Shown here piece after piece: positions 47,873-57,870 of a DNA stretch of 64,000 bases. How positions within the stretch are numbered: the first letter of the stretch is position 1; each line of letters begins with the position of its first letter. The stretch is taken from positions 158,726-222,725 of the forward strand of contig DAHWUP010000001.1 of assembly GCA_027334565.1 (NCBI GenBank), in the 5' to 3' direction. A program made the position numbers and the translations under genes. The notes under the pieces were generated by a model that searched no databases, was not told the DNA's origin, and saw nothing but the letters and a program-made list of their open reading frames with translations. This stretch comes from Candidatus Levyibacteriota bacterium (GTDB lineage Bacteria; Patescibacteriota; Microgenomatia; Levybacterales; UBA12049).

Positions 47873-49666
47873 ATGACGGCAAAACAAATCATTGATACTT
47901 ACATCAGTTTTTTCCAAAAGCGGGGGCATAGGCAAATCGGCAATTCGCCGCTTGTCCCTGAAAATGATCCAACCACTCTGTTTACCTCTTCCGGCATGCA
48001 GCCATTGATACCTTATCTTTTGGGCGAACCGCACCCGGCCGGGTCCAGGTTGGTGAACGCACAAAATTGTTTCAGGGCGGTGGACATTGAAGAAGTGGGA
48101 GACAACCGGCATTCGACATTTTTTCGGATGCTAGGCAACTGGAGTTTGGGAGACTATTTCAAAAGCCAAGAAATTCCCTGGCTTTTCGAACTGTTAACGG
48201 AAGGGTTCGGACTGCCTAAGGAAAAACTTTATGTCACGGTATTCAACGGATTCAAAAATATCGAAAGGGACAACGATTCTTACGGGATCTGGTCGGAACT
48301 CGTTTCCAAAGACAGAATTTTCTTCGCCGGGGTCGATAAAAATTGGTGGTCGAGATCGGGCATACCGGAAAATATGCCTGTCGGTGAAATCGGAGGACCG
48401 GACACGGAAGTTTATTACAGATTCGATGATGTTGAACATAAACCGCAATGCAAAGATAACCCGGTTGAATGCGAATGCGGAAAATTTTTGGAAATTGCCA
48501 ACTCCGTTTTCATACAATATCAAAAAACGGAACAGGGATTTATAGAACTGCCGCAGAAAAATGTAGATTTCGGTGGAGGCGTAGAAAGACTTCTGGCTGC
48601 TATTGAAGACAGGTCGGATATTTTCCAAACCTCTCTTTTTACTCCTATTATTAATAGTATAGAACAGGAAAGCGGTAAAGCTTACCTCAAAAATAAAAAA
48701 GAAATGCGTATCATTGCCGACCATTTGACCGCTGCTGTTTTTATAACCAATTCGGGTATCAAACCCTCCAACAAGGATCAGGGTTATATATTAAGAAGAT
48801 TATTGAGGCGCTCCTTTGACAATTTTTATCTGTTAAAAGGGGAAAATATCCGGGCTGTGGTTGAAAAAATCGTTGACCAATATATACCGACCGATGAGTA
48901 TCTCAAAGTAAATTTCGAAGAAATTGAATTAACTATTTTAGAAGAGGAACAGAATTACGGCCGCACGCTACAGAAAGCAAAAAGTTTTATCGAGAATAAA
49001 TACGAAGAGCGGTTAATCGACGGAGTTAAAAAAATTTCAGCCCAAGACGCGTTTATTCTTTATTCGACTCATGGATTGTCTCCCACACAAATTCGAAGCT
49101 TAGGATATGTTTTCGACGAACAGGAATTTGCCGATAAAATGGAAGATCACCAAAAACTGTCCCGTACCGGGGCACAACAAAAATTTAGAGGAGGTCTTGC
49201 CGATCACTCGGACTTAACCATAATGGGACATACCGCAACCCATCTTCTTCATCAAGCTTTAAGGAGTAAATTTGGTGAGCAGTTGCATCAAACCGGATCG
49301 AACATAACAAGTGAACGAATAAGATTTGATTTCAATTTTGACAGAATGTTAACGCCTGAAGAAATAAAGCAAATTGAAAATACGGTAAACGATAAAATCG
49401 GAGAAGACCTTCCGGTACATTTTGAAATAATGCCCTTGACAAAAGCCAAACAAATAGGAGCGATCGGCTTATTCGATGAAAAATACCAACAAGACGTTAA
49501 AGTATATTTTATCGGGCACCCCGGAGAAAAATTTTATTCGGTCGAGTTCTGCGGCGGACCTCATGTTAATTTTACAGGGCAGCTTAAAAAGTTTAAAATA
49601 ATAAAGGTGGAGAATATCGGCAAAGGACAGAAAAGAATTTACGCGAAAGTTAACGATCAGATATGA
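47873..49666 (+). CDS. alaS: Alanine--tRNA ligase (short form lacking C-Ala)
   Basis: DPTTLFTSSGMQP, MLGNWS, HTATHLLHQAL, EFCGGPH. Confidence 0.97.
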   Translation: MTAKQIIDTYISFFQKRGHRQIGNSPLVPENDPTTLFTSSGMQPLIPYLLGEPHPAGSRLVNAQNCFRAVDIEEVGDNRHSTFFRMLGNWSLGDYFKSQEIPWLFELLTEGFGLPKEKLYVTVFNGFKNIERDNDSYGIWSELVSKDRIFFAGVDKNWWSRSGIPENMPVGEIGGPDTEVYYRFDDVEHKPQCKDNPVECECGKFLEIANSVFIQYQKTEQGFIELPQKNVDFGGGVERLLAAIEDRSDIFQTSLFTPIINSIEQESGKAYLKNKKEMRIIADHLTAAVFITNSGIKPSNKDQGYILRRLLRRSFDNFYLLKGENIRAVVEKIVDQYIPTDEYLKVNFEEIELTILEEEQNYGRTLQKAKSFIENKYEERLIDGVKKISAQDAFILYSTHGLSPTQIRSLGYVFDEQEFADKMEDHQKLSRTGAQQKFRGGLADHSDLTIMGHTATHLLHQALRSKFGEQLHQTGSNITSERIRFDFNFDRMLTPEEIKQIENTVNDKIGEDLPVHFEIMPLTKAKQIGAIGLFDEKYQQDVKVYFIGHPGEKFYSVEFCGGPHVNFTGQLKKFKIIKVENIGKGQKRIYAKVNDQI

Positions 49667-51975
49667 AAATACCTTTGGGATTTTTAGAAAAAAAAGAAAA
49701 AGTTGAATATTATCTGGCGCTTGTCCTTCAAAACGAAAAAGTAAATTCGGTTATTTTCGAAAAACAAGGACAAGCTTTAAAATATATCTCGAGCGACGAG
49801 GAATATTTTAAAAATACTATTGAAGATGCCACGGAAATTGAATTTTTGGATATTCTGGATAAGGTCATCACTACCGCCGAAACCGCGCTTCCCGAAAGCA
49901 TCGAAACACACAAAACATTGTTCGGGCTAAAAGATAACTGGATAGAAAACGATAAGATCAAAAAGGAATATTTGGAAAAGTTGAAAAAAGCCGGCGACGA
50001 ACTGGCTCTTGAACCGATCGGTTTTTTGGCTTTTTCCGAAAGCCTGATAAACCTTATTCAAAAAGAGGAAGGAGCTCCGTTAACCTCGGTCCTGGTCAAC
50101 GTGGGCAAGAAACATATCACTGTCTATTGGATCAAGGGAGGAAAAATCCTTGAAACGAAAACATCTGAAATCCATGATTCTCCTTCATTTACAACCGATG
50201 CTTTAATGAAGCATTTCCAAAGCGGGGGAAGTTTACCGTCCAAGATAATCATCTTTAATTCCGACGAGGAGGAACTAACACAAGAATTTATCGGTCACCA
50301 GTGGAGCAAAAGCTTATCATTTTTACATATTCCGCAAGTCGAAAGCTTACCACAAGACGCCGCTGCCAAAGCGATGTTATTGGGTGCCGCTACCCAAATG
50401 GGCACTCAACTTGTCTATGATTACTCAAAAAACCTTGAAACCGAAGTCGAAGAAGAGATGACCCACGATGAAGAACAAAAGAGTGAAGAGACTCAAAAAG
50501 GAATGCCCGAAGAGAGGAAGACAGAGGAAACCGAAGGGTTTGAAGAACCGGCCATAACAAAACCCGTTGGAGAAGTGACCGAGGCGACGGCCGAATTCTT
50601 CGGTTTCGTTGAGGGCAAAGATGTCACCGAGACCGCCCCATCAAAAATTTCGCTTGACAAAGACGTGCCTAGTCAAATAACCGAAGAGAGTATCGAGGAG
50701 ATTCCCGACGAAATAAAAACGGAGGAAGAAAAAAAAATCCCCCTTCCGATAAACATAGGTTTCGTGTCCGAAAAAATAAAAACCGTACTACCTAAGGCTT
50801 TTAATCTGGTCGATAAGATCAAAATCAATAGACAATTTTTGTCATCTCTTAAATCCGGGAATAAATTATTATTGATTATTCCCTTAATACTTGTTTTATT
50901 AGTCTTTTGGATCTTATATGTCTACCTTTTCCAAACCAGCGTCCAAATCAACGTCTACGTAAATCCCAAACAGGAACAAAAAACTACTCCGGTAACTTTT
51001 TCTAATGCAACAGATATTACCAACAAGACCATAGCTTTTGAGACCGTTTCGGTGACGGAAACAGGATCGGTATCGACCAACACGACCGGTAAAAAAAATG
51101 TTGGTCAGGCGGCGAAAGGAACTGTAACGATTTTTAACAACAGCAATTCGGTCATGGATTTTCCCCAAGGCACTACGATTACCTCATCAAACAATCTGAA
51201 TTACACCACCGACAAAGAAGTCACCGTTGCATCGGCGTCGGGTGACGTTTTTTCCGGCACAACGCCCGGTACCGCCGGTGTTACGGTAACCGCGGCGGAT
51301 ATCGGACAGGACTACAATCTTCCATCCGGAACGAAATTCTCTATCGGTACAAATCCTGATGTTGCGGCTAAAAATGACAGCGCCTTTTCCGGAGGAAGTT
51401 CAAAATCGGTAGTTGTGGTATCTTCCGATGACTTGAACAAGCTTCTTACCGACCTTCCGAAAAGCCTGGAACAAAAAGCCAAACAAGATCTTCAGGCAAA
51501 ATCGACCCCGGATAGAACGGTGATCGGTCAATTCATTTCGGAAACAGTTTCAAATAAAGATTTTAGTAACAAAGAAGGCGACCAGGTTTCAACAGTCGGT
51601 TTAAACGGTACCGTGACTTTCGATGCGATCTCCTATTTAAATAGCGACATGGATAATCTGGCCAATTCGTTATTCGCCTCTGATGAGAGGATAATGTCAA
51701 ATGATTTAACCGTTAACGCTGCCAACATAAAACAGCAAGCCAATCAAGACATAACTGCAGAAATTACTATTAACGCCGGGCTGATGCCAAAAATCGATAT
51801 TGATAGCTTGAGAAAACAAATCGCGGGTTTTTCAAAAACAAAAGCCACTAATACTCTTGATAACCTTGTGCAGGCACAGCGGGTACAATTCAACTTCAAC
51901 CCCGGCATTCCCCTTTTGCCGCAAAATCTTCCGGAAGACTATCGAAAGATATTCATTAACATTACGACAAAGTAA
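49663..51975 (+). CDS. Membrane protein: degenerate FtsA/PilM-like N-terminus, acidic linker, TM helix, baseplate-J-like C-terminus
   Basis: AKGTVTIFN..FPQGT, VTA.DIG.DYN motifs; single TM near aa 403-425. Confidence 0.7.
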   Translation: MKIPLGFLEKKEKVEYYLALVLQNEKVNSVIFEKQGQALKYISSDEEYFKNTIEDATEIEFLDILDKVITTAETALPESIETHKTLFGLKDNWIENDKIKKEYLEKLKKAGDELALEPIGFLAFSESLINLIQKEEGAPLTSVLVNVGKKHITVYWIKGGKILETKTSEIHDSPSFTTDALMKHFQSGGSLPSKIIIFNSDEEELTQEFIGHQWSKSLSFLHIPQVESLPQDAAAKAMLLGAATQMGTQLVYDYSKNLETEVEEEMTHDEEQKSEETQKGMPEERKTEETEGFEEPAITKPVGEVTEATAEFFGFVEGKDVTETAPSKISLDKDVPSQITEESIEEIPDEIKTEEEKKIPLPINIGFVSEKIKTVLPKAFNLVDKIKINRQFLSSLKSGNKLLLIIPLILVLLVFWILYVYLFQTSVQINVYVNPKQEQKTTPVTFSNATDITNKTIAFETVSVTETGSVSTNTTGKKNVGQAAKGTVTIFNNSNSVMDFPQGTTITSSNNLNYTTDKEVTVASASGDVFSGTTPGTAGVTVTAADIGQDYNLPSGTKFSIGTNPDVAAKNDSAFSGGSSKSVVVVSSDDLNKLLTDLPKSLEQKAKQDLQAKSTPDRTVIGQFISETVSNKDFSNKEGDQVSTVGLNGTVTFDAISYLNSDMDNLANSLFASDERIMSNDLTVNAANIKQQANQDITAEITINAGLMPKIDIDSLRKQIAGFSKTKATNTLDNLVQAQRVQFNFNPGIPLLPQNLPEDYRKIFINITTK

Positions 51976-51978
51976 ATT

Positions 51979-52122
51979 ATGGAAAGACCCTGGTGGCAAA
52001 GAGCATTATACGAAATTTGGCCGAAAATATACCGTGTGATCAATGGTTCGCTTTATTTTCTATTGATGACGACAAGGAACCTGGTTATAACCGCCATTGA
52101 GCAAATCAAGAATACTTTCTAG
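51979..52122 (+). CDS. Small 47-aa hypothetical protein (not in ORF track)
   Basis: MERPWWQRALYEIWPKIYRVINGSLYFLLMTTRNLVITAIEQIKNTF*; fills the gap with 3-nt spacing on both sides. Confidence 0.65.
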   Translation: MERPWWQRALYEIWPKIYRVINGSLYFLLMTTRNLVITAIEQIKNTF

Positions 52123-52125
52123 ATT

Positions 52126-53400
52126 ATGGACGACGAAAAGCAAATTGCCCTAAACGCGATTCGCAAAAAACTCGTAGGCAAGGAGTTGAATTATAAAGAT
52201 ATTTATGCCGTGATGGACCAGATCGCCCACAAAAAATTAGGCGAAATCCTAACTACTTATTTTGCCGCTTCCGGATACTCCAAGGGTTTTAGTAACGAGG
52301 AACTCTTTTATCTTACAAAAGCAATGGTTGAAACCGGAGAAAAATTACACTTTCAGGGAATAATCGCGGACAAACACTCCATCGGCGGTGTTCCCGGAAC
52401 CAGAACCACCCCGATCGTAGTTGCAATCGTTGCGGCGGCCGGTTTTAAGATTCCGAAAAGCAGTTCCCGAGCGATTACTACACCGGACGGAACCGCCGAT
52501 GATATGGAAGTACTCGCACCGGTCGAGATGAGCAAAGAAAAGATTTACAAAATAGTCGAAAAAACAAACGGTTGTATCGTTTGGGGTGGGAGTTTTAACA
52601 TTGCACCCGCCGACGACATTATCATCCAGGTAGAAAAACCCCTTCTGTTTGAAAGCTATGACAAGGTGATCGTTTCGATTATGTCCAAAAAAATAGCCTT
52701 CGGTTCCAATCACGTTGTCATCGATATTCCTTGGGGCAAAGACGTTAAAGTGCACAACCTGGATGACGCACGGCTGTTGGCGGAAAAATTCATTTATCTT
52801 GCCAAGAATTTCGACATCAAACTAAAACCACTGATCCACCGCACCGAAGAACCCGCCGGAAGGGGTGTCGGACCAGTACTGGAAATCCGGGAAGCCTTAA
52901 GGGTATTGCAACAAAAAGCGAACCGCCCCCTCGATCTTGAAATCCGGGCGATTAATCTTGCAGGTAACCTATTGGGGATTTGTCTGGACGATTCTCCGAA
53001 GATACTTAAGGATCAGATCGAAAAAGATTTCGGTAACGCATTCGGTTGGGCCACTCATATCTTAAAAACCGGCTCGGCATTTAAAAAACTCCAGGAAATA
53101 ATCGAAGCACAGGGCGGGAATCCGAAGATTGACAGTGAAAAATTAAAAGTCGGTAAACATATTTTTGAGGACAAAGCGAATTTCAATGGAACCGTGAAGG
53201 GATTGAACAGCAAAAATATAACCATCATCGCAAAAATTCTGGGCGCGCCTTCCCAGAAAGGTTCAGGAATTTATTTTTACAAAAAAATAGGTGACCACGT
53301 CAGGGAAGGTGATGTACTCTATACACTTTTTTCCGAAAATGTGTATAATCTTAAAGAAGGAAAACAATCACTGGTAAATTTTCCTATCGTTAGATTCTAA
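52126..53400 (+). CDS. AMP phosphorylase / thymidine phosphorylase family protein
   Basis: DKHSIGGVPG, KSSSRAITTPDGTAD, IAPADD. Confidence 0.9.
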   Translation: MDDEKQIALNAIRKKLVGKELNYKDIYAVMDQIAHKKLGEILTTYFAASGYSKGFSNEELFYLTKAMVETGEKLHFQGIIADKHSIGGVPGTRTTPIVVAIVAAAGFKIPKSSSRAITTPDGTADDMEVLAPVEMSKEKIYKIVEKTNGCIVWGGSFNIAPADDIIIQVEKPLLFESYDKVIVSIMSKKIAFGSNHVVIDIPWGKDVKVHNLDDARLLAEKFIYLAKNFDIKLKPLIHRTEEPAGRGVGPVLEIREALRVLQQKANRPLDLEIRAINLAGNLLGICLDDSPKILKDQIEKDFGNAFGWATHILKTGSAFKKLQEIIEAQGGNPKIDSEKLKVGKHIFEDKANFNGTVKGLNSKNITIIAKILGAPSQKGSGIYFYKKIGDHVREGDVLYTLFSENVYNLKEGKQSLVNFPIVRF

Positions 53401-54359
53401 TGAAAAGATTGATCGTCTTGGTTGGAATTATTTTAATCGCTCTCATTTTCGGAATTCTGTGGTGGGAAAACGGCCTCCTACCCGTGAATTCCTCAAATAA
53501 AGCTACCAGGCTATTCGTTGTTAAAAACGGCGAGGGAGTAAGAGAGATCGCCAACAACCTTAAAAACGAAGGGTTGATAAGAGATCCCATTGTCTTCTTC
53601 CTGCTTTTACGCCAAGAAGGTTACGACAAACAAATACAGGCGGGCGATTTCAGGCTCAGCCCCTCGATGGACGCAAACCAAATCGCAACCAATTTAACCC
53701 ACGGAATTTTGGATATCTGGGTCACTATTCCGGAAGGTTTAAGGGCCGAGGAAATAGCGGCTATCTTGAAACAAAAAATTCCTTCTTATAACGATTCATG
53801 GAAGCAGGCATTGATACAAAACGAAGGATACCTGTTCCCCGACACATACCTGATACCGAGAACCGCGGACATCAATTTGGTGCTGTCTCAATTCAAGAAG
53901 AATTTCCAGGCAAAATACGACAGCATTAAAAATACAAAAACAACAAATCTGACCGAAGCGCAAACGATCATTCTTGCTTCGATAATCGAAAAGGAAGCGA
54001 AATTTGCGGAAGATAGACCACTGGTTGCATCGGTGTTCATCAACCGCCTAAACCTTGGAATGCCGCTTGGATCCGACCCGACCGTCGAGTACGCATTAGG
54101 TTACCAACCCGATACCCAGACCTGGTGGAAACAAGATCTGACCGTCGACGATTTGGCCATAAATTCGCCTTATAACACAAGAGTGAATACCGGACTTCCT
54201 CCCGGACCTATTTCCAATCCCGGACTCTCATCTATCAAAGCCGCCCTTGCACCGGCTAATACCGATTATTTATACTTCTTCGCAGACAAGCAGGGACACT
54301 TGCATTTCGCGACCACACTGGAAGGACACCAGGCTAACATCCAAAAATATTCACAGTAG
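53400..54359 (+). CDS. mltG: Endolytic transglycosylase MltG
   Basis: EGYLFPDTY, LASIIEKEA, SDPTVEY, GLPPGPISNPG. Confidence 0.97.
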   Translation: MKRLIVLVGIILIALIFGILWWENGLLPVNSSNKATRLFVVKNGEGVREIANNLKNEGLIRDPIVFFLLLRQEGYDKQIQAGDFRLSPSMDANQIATNLTHGILDIWVTIPEGLRAEEIAAILKQKIPSYNDSWKQALIQNEGYLFPDTYLIPRTADINLVLSQFKKNFQAKYDSIKNTKTTNLTEAQTIILASIIEKEAKFAEDRPLVASVFINRLNLGMPLGSDPTVEYALGYQPDTQTWWKQDLTVDDLAINSPYNTRVNTGLPPGPISNPGLSSIKAALAPANTDYLYFFADKQGHLHFATTLEGHQANIQKYSQ

Positions 54360-54360
54360 T

Positions 54361-54681
54361 TTATCTTCTTATCTTTTTGAAGAATCGTCTTTTGGTCTGA
54401 GGTTTTGTTTCGCCGTTACTTCCCTCTTTTTTCTCTTCGCTTTCCTGATGTTGATGCTCTTCAAGATCCGCTTCTTCTTCGTTTTCTACCTCTTCGTATT
54501 CCTCCAAATCATCAAAGTTGTACTCTTCCAATAAATTTATTATGCCGTCAAGTCCCTGCTCCGACATGATCTTAAGTAAGTTTTTTCCGGTCCTTGTCCC
54601 AAGCAGAAAAACTATTCCGCCACCCAAGACCAATCCCATTAAGAAACCGAGTGAAAATTTATTATCATTTTGATTATTCAT
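54361..54681 (-). CDS. YtxH-like membrane-anchored protein
   Basis: FSLGFLMGLVLGGGIVFLL..RTGK; acidic C-terminus. Confidence 0.7.
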   Translation of the reverse strand: MNNQNDNKFSLGFLMGLVLGGGIVFLLGTRTGKNLLKIMSEQGLDGIINLLEEYNFDDLEEYEEVENEEEADLEEHQHQESEEKKEGSNGETKPQTKRRFFKKIRR

Positions 54682-54946
54682 CTTTTTTATGCTCCTTTTT
54701 GCTTCCGTTTAAAATCTTGGCGATTCTTGCGCCCGCCTTAAGTCCCATGGTAAGAGAAGAAAGCGAAGAAATCGGTTTGGAAACACTTTCTGTGATCAAG
54801 CCAGTATCGTCCAAAACTTTATTGGCTTTGTCGATGGTTTTTCTGAGCTCACGGAGGATAAAAAATACCTGGATTCCCAACACTATTAAAAGTATGGTTA
54901 AAATAATTACTACCAAAAGTAGTGCGGTCTGGGCAGGATCCATCAT
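54674..54946 (-). CDS. DUF948/YtxG-like membrane protein
   Basis: N-terminal TM then ELRKTIDKANKVLD; TTGACA-17-TACTTT-6-ATG. Confidence 0.7.
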   Translation of the reverse strand: MMDPAQTALLLVVIILTILLIVLGIQVFFILRELRKTIDKANKVLDDTGLITESVSKPISSLSSLTMGLKAGARIAKILNGSKKEHKKDE

Positions 54947-54977
54947 GGTCTTAAAGTAACTTAAATTCGATCTGTTG

Positions 54978-55616
54978 TCAAGAGCCCTTAATACTTAAAT
55001 TGATTTGTTGATCGGTTTCACGCTGAAACTTATTTATCGACCTGATATTTATGGTTAATGCGCCCGGAAAAACATCAAGTGTTTTTGTAAAATACCCGTT
55101 GGAATCGACCCTAACCTCATTCTGGTCGATATATACGGTATCATCCGGGTCGGTTTTTCCGTAAATAGTGATTACCGAAGAATAAATTGCGGTATTATCT
55201 TTGGGGGAAATGATCGTCAATGGCGGATCCAAAAATGCATTACGGTATTGAAAAAGTATATACCCGGTAAAAAGGATGAGGATAAATACGATGAGTAAAA
55301 CGGTTGAATATATGCGTATTCGGGATCTAGTAAACTCTTGTTCCGTACCGAAGCTTTTCGGCAACACCCTCTGCGACTTTTCGTAATCAAATTCTCTTCT
55401 GAAAAGTGCCATTATTTCTTTTTCGTCCAGACCCAAAAACAGGGCGTAGTTTCGCACGAATCCGTGCGCATAGGAAACCGAGGGAAGCTTATGGTATTCT
55501 CCGTTCTCGATGTATTCCAAAAACAAAGGTTTTATCTTTGTAGATTTGGAAACATCTTCAAGGCTCAAATTTTTTGAGAGTCTTGTTGCCTTTAATTTTT
55601 GTCCGGCTGTAGTCAT
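54978..55616 (-). CDS. RodZ-like HTH membrane protein with Ig-like C-terminus
   Basis: GQKLKATR..LSLEDVS..IENGEY..YAHGFVRNYA; TM; follows ftsK. Confidence 0.85.
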   Translation of the reverse strand: MTTAGQKLKATRLSKNLSLEDVSKSTKIKPLFLEYIENGEYHKLPSVSYAHGFVRNYALFLGLDEKEIMALFRREFDYEKSQRVLPKSFGTEQEFTRSRIRIYSTVLLIVFILILFTGYILFQYRNAFLDPPLTIISPKDNTAIYSSVITIYGKTDPDDTVYIDQNEVRVDSNGYFTKTLDVFPGALTINIRSINKFQRETDQQINLSIKGS

Positions 55617-55630
55617 AGGTATACGAAGTC

Positions 55631-57754
55631 TCAGGTTTCACCCAAATTATTCAAAAATTCTTCGGGGTCCCTTATCAATACGTCCCTTGGCTTACTGCCT
55701 TCGGCTCTTCCTACCGCGCCGACCTCCTCAAGTTGATCCAATAACCTACCTGCTCTGGAAAAGCCTATGCCAAGCCTTCTCTGTAAAAAAGACGCGGATG
55801 CCGTATTGTGCTGGCAAATTATCCTGACCGCATCGTTGAATAATTCATCTCTGCCGCCCGGCCCGCCCTGAGAGATACCTCCCGAACCCTTTTTAAGAAC
55901 CAACGGCTGTGATAAAACCTCCTCGGTATTATACTGGGCCGGGGGATTTTCGTTCCTTAAGAAATCGACCAGCCTTTTGACCTCTTTTTCCGAGACAAAT
56001 GCACCCTGAATGCGTGTCGGCTTAGCCTGCTCGGGCGGAATGTACAACATGTCTCCTCTTCCCAAAAGCTTTTCCGCTCCGGGGGTATCCAGTATCACCC
56101 TTGAGTCGATCATCGAGGAAACGTTAAAAGCGATCCTGCAGGGAATATTAGCCTTGATAAGCCCCGTGATGACATCGACGCTTGGCCGCTGTGTGGCAAC
56201 CACCAAATGAATTCCCGTTGCGCGGGCCATTTGCGCCAACCTCGCAATGGCGTCTTCGACCTCAACAGGAGCATAGGCCATGAGGTCCGCCAGTTCGTCA
56301 ATAAAAATAACTATGTAAGGAAGCGTCTGAAAACCCGCCAGTTCGTTATACGAATCTATATTTCTCACACCGTGTTCGGCAAAAAGTTTGTACCGCTTAT
56401 CCATTTCTCCCAACGCCCACTTCAGCGAAGCAAGTATCTGGTCCACCTCGACGATAACGGGTGTCATCAAATGGGGAATATTGTTGTATCCGGTAAGCTC
56501 CACCCTTTTAGGGTCGATCAAAATTATCCTTACCTCGTCCGGCGTTGCTCTAAACAATAAAGACGCAATGAATGAATTGATCATCACCGATTTTCCCGAA
56601 CCCGTGGTTCCGGCGATTAGTACGTGGGGCATTTTGCCGATGTCAGCAAGAAGCGGATTGCCGGAAACGTCAAGACCCAAAGATACTGCCAATTTCGACT
56701 TATTCTTTTTCATGATGTCCGAGGACAACATTGTTCTTAAATTTACTATTTGTAGACTTCGGTTCGGAATTTCTATCCCTACCAGATTTCTGCCCGGAAT
56801 GGGAGCTTCGATCCTGATCTGTCCGGTCGGAGCTTCCGTACTTAAGGCTAAATCGTTGGCCAGGTTGGTGATCTTCGATACTTTGGTTCCCATCGGGATC
56901 TGCAAAGCGTACTGAGTGACAGCGGGACCTAGGTTCACCTCGACCACTTTTGCCCTGATCGAGAAACTGCCAAGGGTGTCTTCTATCCTCTTGGCAATAT
57001 CTTTGACATCACCCCTGTCCGCCTTTTGCGTAGTGTCGTTTGAAAGAATATCCAAAGGCGGCAGATGCCACATGCCGACCTGCCCCGGAGCATTGATCAC
57101 CAACTTATCGGATATGAGCGGTTCTTCTTTTTTGGCGATCTGGGGAGGATTATTTATTTTAATGTCTTTTGCCGGAAGCGGCTTATCCGTCATACCTTTG
57201 ATGACCATTTGTTTGTCTTCCAAAGCCGACGGCTTCTTCTTGAAAAATCCTAGTATGTTTCCCGGAAGAAGTCTTTGAAAAACACCAAAAACCGAACCGA
57301 GGATCACTGCCAGTTCGTCCACCGAAGTATCCAAAAATACCACTGCACCGACAAATATTCCGGCCAGGTATACCAAAAGCGCCCCTAAACCGGAAATCAC
57401 CTCCGACAGAAGGCTATTCAAGTAGAGACCGATGCTTCCTTCATGGGTCAGACCCAACAGGGAAAAGAAAAAGATCAGATATCCGACCAGAACGTTCGGG
57501 CGCGATAAAAATAGCTTAAGCCTAAGAAAGAAAAACCCGAACAGGATGAGCACCACGGGAAACAAAATCGCGAACAATCCGAAATAACCGGCCAATACAT
57601 CATGGAGCGAAACAAAATTGCTGCCGCTTCTGGTGAACGACAATGCAAGTAAAAGACCCGCAAGGATCAAAAAAAAGGCAAAAATCGAATAAACGGTATT
57701 TTTCTTCAGTTTTATCTTGAACTTGTGCTTGGAATAGTGTCTATGCCTTGCCAT
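55631..57754 (-). CDS. ftsK: DNA translocase FtsK
   Basis: PHVLIAGTTGSGKS, IDELADLM, ATQRPS, gamma domain. Confidence 0.98.
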   Translation of the reverse strand: MARHRHYSKHKFKIKLKKNTVYSIFAFFLILAGLLLALSFTRSGSNFVSLHDVLAGYFGLFAILFPVVLILFGFFFLRLKLFLSRPNVLVGYLIFFFSLLGLTHEGSIGLYLNSLLSEVISGLGALLVYLAGIFVGAVVFLDTSVDELAVILGSVFGVFQRLLPGNILGFFKKKPSALEDKQMVIKGMTDKPLPAKDIKINNPPQIAKKEEPLISDKLVINAPGQVGMWHLPPLDILSNDTTQKADRGDVKDIAKRIEDTLGSFSIRAKVVEVNLGPAVTQYALQIPMGTKVSKITNLANDLALSTEAPTGQIRIEAPIPGRNLVGIEIPNRSLQIVNLRTMLSSDIMKKNKSKLAVSLGLDVSGNPLLADIGKMPHVLIAGTTGSGKSVMINSFIASLLFRATPDEVRIILIDPKRVELTGYNNIPHLMTPVIVEVDQILASLKWALGEMDKRYKLFAEHGVRNIDSYNELAGFQTLPYIVIFIDELADLMAYAPVEVEDAIARLAQMARATGIHLVVATQRPSVDVITGLIKANIPCRIAFNVSSMIDSRVILDTPGAEKLLGRGDMLYIPPEQAKPTRIQGAFVSEKEVKRLVDFLRNENPPAQYNTEEVLSQPLVLKKGSGGISQGGPGGRDELFNDAVRIICQHNTASASFLQRRLGIGFSRAGRLLDQLEEVGAVGRAEGSKPRDVLIRDPEEFLNNLGET

Positions 57755-57870
57755 AAAGATATTATATCAGTTTACTCAATATCAACAAGCGAAATTAGAT
57801 AAAGCCCTTTTCTTGCGCGACGATTTGTGGATTTCATTGTGCTAAAATTTAGATAAGTATCTTAAAAACC

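Noticed and set aside
49663-51975. Prophage or contractile injection system
   Set aside because: Single baseplate-like domain with a TM helix and no other phage structural genes
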